Below are positions 16,555 through 25,718 of a stretch of DNA of 64,000 nucleotides, one piece after another. A program made the position numbers and the translations under genes. Where the stretch lies: positions 1 to 64,000 of the IMG/VR virus record IMGVR_UViG_3300025676_000004; one strand, written 5' to 3'. The first letter of the stretch is position 1. Each line of letters begins with the position of its first letter. The notes beneath the pieces were generated by a model. It was not told the DNA's origin, searched no databases, and saw only the letters and a list, made by a program, of their open reading frames with translations. Source of the stretch: a virus (taxonomy: Duplodnaviria > Caudoviricetes).

Positions 16555-17939
16555 TGGGTGAAGATGTCAGAAAAATAGGTGTTGCACGGTTCGACCAAGC
16601 AAATCCAATACAAACTGCCAGAGATGAGTATGCGGGTGATAATGATTATCAATTAGATTCGATTAAAATTATTTCTGCATCTGGTGCCGACATAGACATT
16701 TCTAATGTGTTTATTGGTGCATCAATATATGAAGATATATTTTCAAATACTATGTCGGCGGCCGTAAGTTTTCAAGATACAAACAACCTTGTCAAACATC
16801 TTCCTATTATTGGTCAACAAGAAAAATTAGAGATTATTTTTAAAATACCAGGCGAGAGTAATGTCACATATAATTTTGATATATTCAGAGTTTCAGTAAG
16901 GACACTTTCAACGGTTGGAAAAAAGCAATCGGTTACACTTAATGCGGTATCAACAGAGCAATTTAAAAATATACACACAAAAGTCAGCAAATCATATTAT
17001 GCACCAATACACGAAACCATTAAAAACATATATGATGAATTTTTAAGTGGTGACAAAAAATTAGATATTCAGGTTGATACAGATTCTGAAAAGAGAAAAT
17101 TTATTATACCAAATTGGCATCCCCTCGATGCTATTGATTGGTTGAAGCAACGAGCAATACCTTCCGATAATCCAGATGCTTGTCATTATCTTTTTTATGA
17201 AGATAGGGATGGATTTAAATTTACGACAATTGAAAAATTGTTTGAAGTAAAGAAACCAAAGATGGAATATTTCTATATGCCAAGAAGATATAGAGATACA
17301 AATACAAGATTTCGTGACCCCGGCTATGAATTCCGAAATATTCAAAGATTAATCATTGAAGAACCAGGCGACCGATTGGAAGAAAATATCAGGGGAATGT
17401 ACGGTTCTAAAATTCTAACACACGACATTGTTAGAAAGAAATACAAATTTACAGAATATAGTATGAAAAATGAATATAAAAAAACCGACCATGTCGAAAA
17501 AGAATATCCTATCGCAGAAAAAATAGATAAATTTAGTGATAACCCCGATACATATTTTGCACTTCAACCCATTCATAAGAATTTAAATATGGAAAATGAT
17601 AGGGGCGGAGATACCGTTGAACAAAATGAAAAATATTCAAAATGGTTACTAAAAAGAAAATCATTACTACGACAAATTGGTTCTCAAGTTGTAAATGTTC
17701 ATATTTCTGGTGATTCACGAAGAAAATGTGGGGATGTGGTATTGTTGCAAGTGACTCCATTGGAGCCTGGTACAATAGAAGACCATAACATAGATAAATA
17801 TATTTCAGGGAAGTATCTTGTGACTTCCATTAAACACAACTTAACACCTGATGGATATTGGATGGATATGGAACTAGGTAAAGATTCCGTACAAGAACCA
17901 TATCCAGAGGAGTCCAATTTCTTGAAAGAAGAAGGTTAA
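16554..17939 (+). CDS. Baseplate hub protein (gp27-like)
   Basis: IYEDIFS, LPIIGQ, FIIPNWHPLDAI, LFYEDRDGFKF, ISGKYLVTSIKH; located before gp5. Confidence 0.75.
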   Translation: MGEDVRKIGVARFDQANPIQTARDEYAGDNDYQLDSIKIISASGADIDISNVFIGASIYEDIFSNTMSAAVSFQDTNNLVKHLPIIGQQEKLEIIFKIPGESNVTYNFDIFRVSVRTLSTVGKKQSVTLNAVSTEQFKNIHTKVSKSYYAPIHETIKNIYDEFLSGDKKLDIQVDTDSEKRKFIIPNWHPLDAIDWLKQRAIPSDNPDACHYLFYEDRDGFKFTTIEKLFEVKKPKMEYFYMPRRYRDTNTRFRDPGYEFRNIQRLIIEEPGDRLEENIRGMYGSKILTHDIVRKKYKFTEYSMKNEYKKTDHVEKEYPIAEKIDKFSDNPDTYFALQPIHKNLNMENDRGGDTVEQNEKYSKWLLKRKSLLRQIGSQVVNVHISGDSRRKCGDVVLLQVTPLEPGTIEDHNIDKYISGKYLVTSIKHNLTPDGYWMDMELGKDSVQEPYPEESNFLKEEG

Positions 17940-17943
17940 ATAA

Positions 17944-19350
17944 ATGGCACTAAATTTTAATCAATTTAACGAAATAACTGAGGGGTTACACCTACTCAAT
18001 GAAAAACAAATCATTGTAGGTGGTGGTGCTAATTACGGTCAGATTGTGTTTTTAGTTGGCGGTGCAGGTAGTGGTAAGGGATTCGCATTAAAACATTTCT
18101 TACAAGGAACTAAGTTCAAGGTTCGTGATGTTGATGCTTGGAAAGCCGCATTCTTGAAACTTGCCGCTCTTAAACAAAAATATCCCGAACTTCGTATACT
18201 GGATATGAATGTTCCTGACGATGTTACAACACTTCACAAATGGATAAAAAAGAAAGGCATCAAAGATAAAACTCTTGATGCTTTGTTGTCGCAAGTAAAG
18301 GTTGGAAAAGCACCAAATATTATTTTCGATATTTCATACAAAGAAAAAAATGATATCGATGCAATTCTCCCTTCATTAATAGAGGCTGGATACAATCCAA
18401 TAAATGTTCATGTTATTTGGGTATTGACCAATTATGGTATTGCAGTAATGCAAAATCGTGACCCAAAAAGAGGAAGAGTTGTATCAGACCAAGTTATGTT
18501 AGATACACACGAAGGTGCATCAAACAATATGTGGCAAATGTTAAACAGTGGGACACCTTCTGGTATTGATGGTTCAGTTCATATTATTCTTGGTGGTAAA
18601 GACCACACCGTATTCTTTAAGGATGCAAATGGAGAACCACTGGATGGTTCACAAAAAAGTAAATACGGTACGGACAGAATCGTTATTAAAGATTTCAAAT
18701 ATCTCACACTCAAAGAACCAGGCAAAGAAATGACAAGTGATGCAGATTTGAGAGGACAGGCTATGGATTGGATAGTATCAAATGTACCAAGAACCTTAAA
18801 GAATAAAGGTATATTCCAATCGGATGTTTCAGTTACCGAAGCAACAAATATCATCTTACCGCAAATTTATTGTGATATGGACCAAGTGCTTGTAAATTTT
18901 CTTGATGGGGCAGAACAAGTTTTGGGCGTTCCATATACAGACAAAGATTTTTGGAATGATACAACAGATGATAAAAAAGAATTACTTACTAAAAAATCAC
19001 CAAGATTATTCAGTAAATTAAATTGGATGGATGATGGTAAGAAGTTGTGGAAGTTTATTAACAAACACGACCCAAAGATTCTTTCAGCACATCCAACTAA
19101 ATGGATGCCAAATGCAAAGAGTGATAAAGCAGAATGGGTAAAGAAAAATCTTGGTTTGTCAATGGATGATACACACTTGGTCAAGAGAGCAGAGAAAGTT
19201 CGATATGCTCTTTCCGATAAAGGTCAACCAAATATTTTGATTGATGACCATGCAAAGAATATTAAAGAATGGAATGCAAAAGGTGGCATCGGGATTTTAC
19301 ATCGAAATGCATCAGACACAATTGCAAAGTTAAAGAAAATGGGATTTTAA
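17944..19350 (+). CDS. Fusion of a P-loop kinase and a HAD-family 5'(3')-nucleotidase-like phosphatase
   Basis: Walker A GGAGSGKG at the N-terminus; IYCDMDQVL and ILIDD..KNIKEW..GGIGILH at the C-terminus. Confidence 0.8.
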   Translation: MALNFNQFNEITEGLHLLNEKQIIVGGGANYGQIVFLVGGAGSGKGFALKHFLQGTKFKVRDVDAWKAAFLKLAALKQKYPELRILDMNVPDDVTTLHKWIKKKGIKDKTLDALLSQVKVGKAPNIIFDISYKEKNDIDAILPSLIEAGYNPINVHVIWVLTNYGIAVMQNRDPKRGRVVSDQVMLDTHEGASNNMWQMLNSGTPSGIDGSVHIILGGKDHTVFFKDANGEPLDGSQKSKYGTDRIVIKDFKYLTLKEPGKEMTSDADLRGQAMDWIVSNVPRTLKNKGIFQSDVSVTEATNIILPQIYCDMDQVLVNFLDGAEQVLGVPYTDKDFWNDTTDDKKELLTKKSPRLFSKLNWMDDGKKLWKFINKHDPKILSAHPTKWMPNAKSDKAEWVKKNLGLSMDDTHLVKRAEKVRYALSDKGQPNILIDDHAKNIKEWNAKGGIGILHRNASDTIAKLKKMGF

Positions 19351-19353
19351 ATT

Positions 19354-20577
19354 ATGCAAGATTTTATGGGTAAGGATGGTTTTATATGGTTTCAGGGTGT
19401 TGTTGAAGATGTTGATGACCCCTTGATGCTTGGTAGATGTCGTGTTCGATGTTTAGGTTGGCATACTGATGATAAAGCACTAATTACAACTGAAGATTTG
19501 CCTTGGGCGCATCCGATACAACCAATTACTTCTGCCGCAATGAGTGGTATAGGTTCATCACCAACTGGTCTTGTGCCAGGGTCTTGGGTTGTTGGTTTCT
19601 TCCGTGATGGTGAAGATGCACAGCAACCAATTATAATGGGTTCAATTGGTGGTGTAGCAGAAGAAAAGACAGATAGAGATACAGGATTCAATGACCCACG
19701 AACAGATAAAGATTTAGAATTAGACCCAAGAGGAAATATGTTGGGTAAGGGAAAGAAAGTTCAAAAATATTATCGTGATGGTAATGGTGCAATAATTGTC
19801 AATCAAGATAAGGGCAAAAATTATCCAAAAGAAACTCATCTCAATGAATCTGACACAAATCGTTTAGCAAGAAATGAAAAAATTGATAAAACAATTGTAC
19901 AACTCAAGAAAGATAATATTGACCAAAATGTTCCGACTGCTGACATCACTTGTGAACCAGTAAAGGCAGGATTGAAAAAGAAAACAACTTCAAAAAAGTC
20001 AGAAGAAGGTAAATGGACTGAACCCAAAACTGCATATGAAGCAAAGTATCCACATAATCATGTATATGAAAGTGAATCTGGTCATACTATTGAAGTAGAT
20101 GACACCCCAAACAGAGAACGAATGCACAGATACCATAGAAGTGGTACATTTGAAGAATTGCATCCGAATGGTGATAGAGTTTTGAAAATTGTTAGAAATG
20201 ACTATACTGTTATTCTTAAAAATGAATGTATTCATATTGACGGTTGGACAAATGTTACAATGGACAAGGCGTGTAAAATTTATGTAAATGCTGATGACGA
20301 AGATGGAAATCATTTAGATATTCATGTTGGTGATAATGCAAACTTAAACATTGAAGTCAACAAAGGAAATATCAACACTAAAATTGGTGAAGGTGATATG
20401 AATGTTGAATTGTCAAAAGGAAATATGCACACACACATCAATGGGGACTTTGAGCATTATGTTAGTGGTGATTATAATCTTAGAGTAGACGGACAATTAA
20501 GAACACAATCAGGTAAAAACACATACATGAATGCAGGACCAGATATTCACTTGAATCATCCTGGCTTTGCAGGGTAG
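19354..20577 (+). CDS. gp5: Baseplate central spike gp5 (OB-fold and beta-helix, no lysozyme domain)
   Basis: WFQGVVED..DPLMLGRCRVR, LPWA, WVVGFFRDG..QQPIIMG, YPHNHVYESESGH, HRSGT. Confidence 0.93.
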   Translation: MQDFMGKDGFIWFQGVVEDVDDPLMLGRCRVRCLGWHTDDKALITTEDLPWAHPIQPITSAAMSGIGSSPTGLVPGSWVVGFFRDGEDAQQPIIMGSIGGVAEEKTDRDTGFNDPRTDKDLELDPRGNMLGKGKKVQKYYRDGNGAIIVNQDKGKNYPKETHLNESDTNRLARNEKIDKTIVQLKKDNIDQNVPTADITCEPVKAGLKKKTTSKKSEEGKWTEPKTAYEAKYPHNHVYESESGHTIEVDDTPNRERMHRYHRSGTFEELHPNGDRVLKIVRNDYTVILKNECIHIDGWTNVTMDKACKIYVNADDEDGNHLDIHVGDNANLNIEVNKGNINTKIGEGDMNVELSKGNMHTHINGDFEHYVSGDYNLRVDGQLRTQSGKNTYMNAGPDIHLNHPGFAG

Positions 20578-20586
20578 GAGAACTAA

Positions 20587-21156
20587 ATGGGACTTTTCGA
20601 TTCAGGTTATAGCGAACTTCCAAGAAGCATAACACCAAAATTTGACCATCTTGCTCCGAAGATACCAGAACTTACATCAAACATTTCTGCTTCTGGGGTA
20701 AGCAATTTAATTACACGCCACCCCCTATGTGATGAGAACTTACTTAAAGATATTGATGGTCTTGCAAGTATGTCAAGTCTTCCGAGTATACCAAACCTTG
20801 AAGATGTGTTGAGTGCATCTGGTCTTTCAGGTATTCCTAAGAAACTTGACCCAAAGGCAATGTTTAACGGTGTTCCTGAATTTACAGGTTTGCAAGATAT
20901 TCTTGGTATTCCAGATTTAGATGATATTGATTATGAAAAAGAAGCAAAAGCACTTGCTGACGATGTTTTATCTCAACTAAATATAACAAATCCCCTTGCA
21001 GACTTATGTGGTCAGGTACAGGGAGCGGGCGCTGATTTGCAAGACCAGTTGAGTCAGACAGAAATTAATAAAGGTGTAAACAATCTTATGCCTAACATTG
21101 ATGTTCCTAAGTTCACAGATATAGTAGACATTCCAGAGGTCGGCGACCTCTTCTAA
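20587..21156 (+). CDS. Hypothetical acidic, Pro/Leu-rich protein
   Basis: 189-aa ORF with AGGAG RBS directly after gp5. Confidence 0.7.
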   Translation: MGLFDSGYSELPRSITPKFDHLAPKIPELTSNISASGVSNLITRHPLCDENLLKDIDGLASMSSLPSIPNLEDVLSASGLSGIPKKLDPKAMFNGVPEFTGLQDILGIPDLDDIDYEKEAKALADDVLSQLNITNPLADLCGQVQGAGADLQDQLSQTEINKGVNNLMPNIDVPKFTDIVDIPEVGDLF

Positions 21157-21179
21157 GTAAAACAGGTGGATAGTAAATA

Positions 21180-24100
21180 ATGCCAACACTTAACCTTCCA
21201 AGTACAATAGAAATTCCATTTGAATCTCTCACTAATGAGCAGAGGAATGCTATTCATACAGTAATGACAGGTAAGGGATTAGACAATCCATTACGAGATA
21301 AAATTACTGCGTGTGTTTCTTTATGTGATTCTGAAATTGAATTTTTAGACAATTTAAATTTTAATAATCCCTCAAATTGTACTATGACAGAGCAAGTCAA
21401 ACTAGACTTGGTTTATAAATTGGGGTTGTTGAAATATCATCTTGGTATTTTAGAAGAACATACCAACAGATTATCTGGTTCATCAATTAAATATGTTGAT
21501 GATTTCTTTCAAAGATTATCTATTGCAGGTTCATATACAAATATAATGAAATCCATAACTGGAATTGATAGAGAACGATATAGTTATATCTTTTACAGTT
21601 TGATGGGTGCGGGTGATAAATGTCTTAATAAATGTCTTAAAGATTTTGTTGGTGACTGTGTTGCGGGTGATATTATCTGTGGGAAAATTTCTGCTTCTTC
21701 TGGTATACAAGGGATAGGGCAACAAGTATGCTCCAACGCTTCGATTACAAATGAAGTATTAAATTGCTTCATTCCTGGCATAATAGAATGCATTGAAGAT
21801 GTAATTGAAAAAGACAATTTACATTATTGCCAAGCAAAATCTATCATTGATAATTATTCAGCAAGTGTTCGCATTTCTGAGGATGCTATTGCTGACCCAA
21901 TTATCAGTCATATTATTGATTCGATGTTTGCAACACCACAACTTAAACAAGCATTGCTTGACATAAAGCAATCGGACGATACACAAAAAACAGATATATT
22001 CTTTCCTGAATTTGGTTTACCCAGACAAGAAAGACAAACAGGTGAAAATTGTGGATGTTGTGAAGGTGAATGGGTTGATATTCTTGAAGATATTACACCC
22101 GATTGTCTTGGTAGTCCATTAGTTGTTATTGGTCCAGCAGGACCTACTGGAGATGATGGCACAGATGCCTCAACAGGACCAGCAGGACCAACAGGTCCTC
22201 CCGGCGCTGATGGTGATTGTGGTTGCAACCCACTCGATGTTGGTGCATGTTGTTTTCAGGGAAATTGTTTTGAAGTGCAAGAACAACAATGTAATTTTTA
22301 TGGTGGTGCGTTTTATGGTGAGTCTTCAGAATGTGCAAACATAGTATGTACACCACCACCAATTTGTGGTAGCGATGACCAATGTGATGATGGTGAAATT
22401 TGTTGTGCAGGTTCTTGCGTAACACCTTGCGAACATTCTGGTTGTGGTGTATGTCCACCTTGTTCGGAATGTGCTAATTGTAACACTCCGTGTGGTGGTG
22501 TATGTGATTGCGGTGAAGGTAAAACTTGTTGCAATGATATGTGTGTAACAGAATGTCCAAATGGCGGATGCCCGCATTGCCAAGGTGCTTGTTGTCCAGA
22601 AGGAACAAGTTGTTGCGGTGGTGCAGGATGTTGTCCAGATTCTAGTGAATGTTGTACAACAGATAATGGAATGGTGTGCTGTCCATCTGGTCAAAGTTGC
22701 TGTGATGGTGAATGTTGCGATGGTGGATGTTGCGGTGGTGAATGCTGTGAAGGTAGAGACTGTTGCGGTGGTAAATGCTGTGAAGTAGGTGTGCCTTGCT
22801 GTGATGGAAATTGTGGTGGATGTCCTAACGGAAGTTGCCCAGACCCACTCAACTGTGGGTGTGGATGTGGACCGTTGCAAATATGTTGTGGTGGTGATGA
22901 TTGTTGTTCGCCTGAGAAATGTTGCAATGGTGGATGTTGTCCAGATGGGCAGATGTGTTGTAATAACATTTGTAAAACAATATGCAATGGTGGATGCCCA
23001 GATTGTGGTGGTGTTGGATGTTGTTCAGAATCTGAACCTTGTTGTTCAGCAGACGGTATATGTGAACCATTTTGCACCGGCACTACCGTATGTCCAAATC
23101 CACTTACACCATGTGGTCCTTGTGGATGTGATGACGATGAATGGTGTTGCGAAAGTAGTGATGAGTGTTGTTCAACAATAGATGAACCTTGTTGTTCAGA
23201 AGGGAGTGGATGTGGGCCTTATTGCCCTGGCACTTCGACCTGTCCAGACCCAGATAGAGAATGTGGTCCTTGTGGATGTAATGATTTTATGGACCCAGAT
23301 AACATCAATCGTACTTGCTGTAACGATGTTTGTTGGGTATCTGATGACCCTTGCCTTAAATGTTGTCAGCAGGGTGTTCAGCAGGGTGTTAACCTTACTT
23401 GCTGTGAAGGTAGCAATCCTTGTGGGAAAGACGATGGTACTGCCGAGTGTTGTGGGCCAGGTCAGACATGTGTGTATGGGACATGTTGTCCTTTTGATGA
23501 TTGTTGTTGCATTCATCAATTTGATGATTGTGATACTCACGACCCTTGTGACCCTGTTGAATGTGAAAGGGACAACCCAGGTCCTTGGGACTTTGGGCAA
23601 TCGACCTCGCCAACAATGGGGGGAGACACAGGAGACCAAGATTCACCCGCACCACTTGAAACTATAATTACAACAGCAGTATTCGGCAATGAACTTGAAT
23701 CTGCGTTGAAGTCCATAGATGAGAATCCTGCGAAGAATGTAATTCCTGGCCAGGAAGGCGTTTGTCTAACATCTATAGTGTTAAGAGTCACAACACGCTG
23801 TAATGTAAGTATGGTTAATGACCCGCCTGACAACATCGGAGAACCACCAGGACCAAATCATGGTGAAATTTGCTTGAAGACTCTGAGGCAGTTTATAACA
23901 GCGAGCGAATCACATAGATGTGTACATCCCGATGACCCTATAATTAAGAGATGGGAGAGGGATGATGAAAGTAATTTGTATACAGATGATGAAGGTGAAC
24001 ATTGCACATACATCTTCTCTTTGAAGAGAAGAACCATAGGGGGCCCCTGCAATTGTATAGGATTACATCAAGTTGAACCGCCGAGACGGTGGAAGGAAGA

Positions 24101-25718
24101 AGCCAAATGGTTTCCGAAAGAGCCACCTTATCCGTGTCATAAGTGCGATACTGTATGTTCGGACACGCATAATGCGTTTGTCCGCGCCATGAAAGAATTG
24201 CATGGTGAACCGCATGCCACATGTTCATGTCCATGCGGTGGTCCTGGCGAACCTCCATGTGAACCAGACCGCAGTGTGTGGATTCCAGACCCGCCTTGCT
24301 CTGAAAATAGAGAATTTTGTGTAGATGAAAATGGTATAGGAAATTGCTGTAAAGAAAATGAAACCTGTTGTGGTGGTGAATGTAAAAGTGGAAGGGGTAT
24401 ATGTTGTTATAGTGAAGTAACAAAAAAATATTCATTCTGTTCTGGTGGTTGCTGTAATAAATTAGATGCAGATGGAAATGTAATATGTAAAGATATTAAT
24501 GGAAATTGTCCTAGCATTGGAACAGAATCTACAATATTAATCTTACCAGAAGATAGAACTTATGGTGCATTCTTACTCGATAACAGTAAAGATAATATAT
24601 CAATAGAAAAATCATTCGATGGTGGGGGTAGATTATTAAACTTTAAAGTTTCATCTAAACCAGTGGTAGGCGCCCAAGACGAATTGAGTGTTTCTATTCC
24701 TCTATCCAAACCAGTAAATACACAATCAAAAATTATAACTGCTCCTGTACAATTTCAAATTGTAAATTTTGTTGCAGATGATGGTATTAAGAGTGTACCT
24801 AGACCAGCATCAAGAATTGCCAATGCTCAAACAGATTCTAAATCGAATATTTCTGTTGCAGAATTAAGAGATACTGAAGATTTAGGTATAGCAGGGTTTG
24901 AAGGATTTGGAACTTCTGCCAAGACAATTAAAGGTTCTATGACAGCAACCATCCAAAGTGACGGTATACTTGGAAATAGTCAAGTAATATCTTTTGTTAG
25001 TGGTTCAAATATTAGACTTGATACAAATGAAGCATCTAATATTATTAGAATATCTGTAGATGACTTAAATCTTTTTGAATTGGTTGATATTGATGCCGAA
25101 AGTCCTGATGATAATGATATATTACAATGGGATTCCTCGTCTTCAAAATGGAAAGCAGTTGCAATTGCTCAAGGTGAAGCAGGTGATACAGGACCTATTG
25201 GTGGTTCAGATAAACAAATTCTCTACAGTGATGGTGTGGGTGCTTCTGGTTCACCAAACCTAACTTTTGATTACGATACCAATACTGTAGGAATTACTGC
25301 AACCGTTGATTTGAATCAGGGATTCACCGCAGGGGATACTTGTTACTTCCAAGACAATGAAGTTAATAGAGCAAAACTTAAAGATTATAGTGAAGTTGTA
25401 TATGATAATGGTGATTTGGATACTTCACCGACCATCTTGAGTTTTGGGAATGGTAATGTTCAAAAATTGAGAATAACATTTGGTGGTACTATGTCATTCG
25501 GTTTGGTGAACCCACCCCCATCAAATTCAAATGGAACGATGACTTTAATTATTACTGATGGTGCAACAAACGGAAATGCACAATGGCCAGGCACAGTGAA
25601 ATGGGCGGGTGGTACTGCCCCATCATTGTCTGCAAGTGGTACAGACATTGTTACCATTATGACAAATGATAATGGAACTAGTTATTATGGGTTCGTTGGT
25701 GGTATAGGGTTTAGTTAA
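21180..25718 (+). CDS. Giant Cys-rich tail-fibre-like protein 1
   Basis: Helical N-domain, short collagen GxP run, about 800-aa Cys-rich core, LVDID..P...DILQW motif, fibre-tip C-domain (WPGTVKWAGGTAPSLS..TD). Confidence 0.75.
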   Translation: MPTLNLPSTIEIPFESLTNEQRNAIHTVMTGKGLDNPLRDKITACVSLCDSEIEFLDNLNFNNPSNCTMTEQVKLDLVYKLGLLKYHLGILEEHTNRLSGSSIKYVDDFFQRLSIAGSYTNIMKSITGIDRERYSYIFYSLMGAGDKCLNKCLKDFVGDCVAGDIICGKISASSGIQGIGQQVCSNASITNEVLNCFIPGIIECIEDVIEKDNLHYCQAKSIIDNYSASVRISEDAIADPIISHIIDSMFATPQLKQALLDIKQSDDTQKTDIFFPEFGLPRQERQTGENCGCCEGEWVDILEDITPDCLGSPLVVIGPAGPTGDDGTDASTGPAGPTGPPGADGDCGCNPLDVGACCFQGNCFEVQEQQCNFYGGAFYGESSECANIVCTPPPICGSDDQCDDGEICCAGSCVTPCEHSGCGVCPPCSECANCNTPCGGVCDCGEGKTCCNDMCVTECPNGGCPHCQGACCPEGTSCCGGAGCCPDSSECCTTDNGMVCCPSGQSCCDGECCDGGCCGGECCEGRDCCGGKCCEVGVPCCDGNCGGCPNGSCPDPLNCGCGCGPLQICCGGDDCCSPEKCCNGGCCPDGQMCCNNICKTICNGGCPDCGGVGCCSESEPCCSADGICEPFCTGTTVCPNPLTPCGPCGCDDDEWCCESSDECCSTIDEPCCSEGSGCGPYCPGTSTCPDPDRECGPCGCNDFMDPDNINRTCCNDVCWVSDDPCLKCCQQGVQQGVNLTCCEGSNPCGKDDGTAECCGPGQTCVYGTCCPFDDCCCIHQFDDCDTHDPCDPVECERDNPGPWDFGQSTSPTMGGDTGDQDSPAPLETIITTAVFGNELESALKSIDENPAKNVIPGQEGVCLTSIVLRVTTRCNVSMVNDPPDNIGEPPGPNHGEICLKTLRQFITASESHRCVHPDDPIIKRWERDDESNLYTDDEGEHCTYIFSLKRRTIGGPCNCIGLHQVEPPRRWKEEAKWFPKEPPYPCHKCDTVCSDTHNAFVRAMKELHGEPHATCSCPCGGPGEPPCEPDRSVWIPDPPCSENREFCVDENGIGNCCKENETCCGGECKSGRGICCYSEVTKKYSFCSGGCCNKLDADGNVICKDINGNCPSIGTESTILILPEDRTYGAFLLDNSKDNISIEKSFDGGGRLLNFKVSSKPVVGAQDELSVSIPLSKPVNTQSKIITAPVQFQIVNFVADDGIKSVPRPASRIANAQTDSKSNISVAELRDTEDLGIAGFEGFGTSAKTIKGSMTATIQSDGILGNSQVISFVSGSNIRLDTNEASNIIRISVDDLNLFELVDIDAESPDDNDILQWDSSSSKWKAVAIAQGEAGDTGPIGGSDKQILYSDGVGASGSPNLTFDYDTNTVGITATVDLNQGFTAGDTCYFQDNEVNRAKLKDYSEVVYDNGDLDTSPTILSFGNGNVQKLRITFGGTMSFGLVNPPPSNSNGTMTLIITDGATNGNAQWPGTVKWAGGTAPSLSASGTDIVTIMTNDNGTSYYGFVGGIGFS

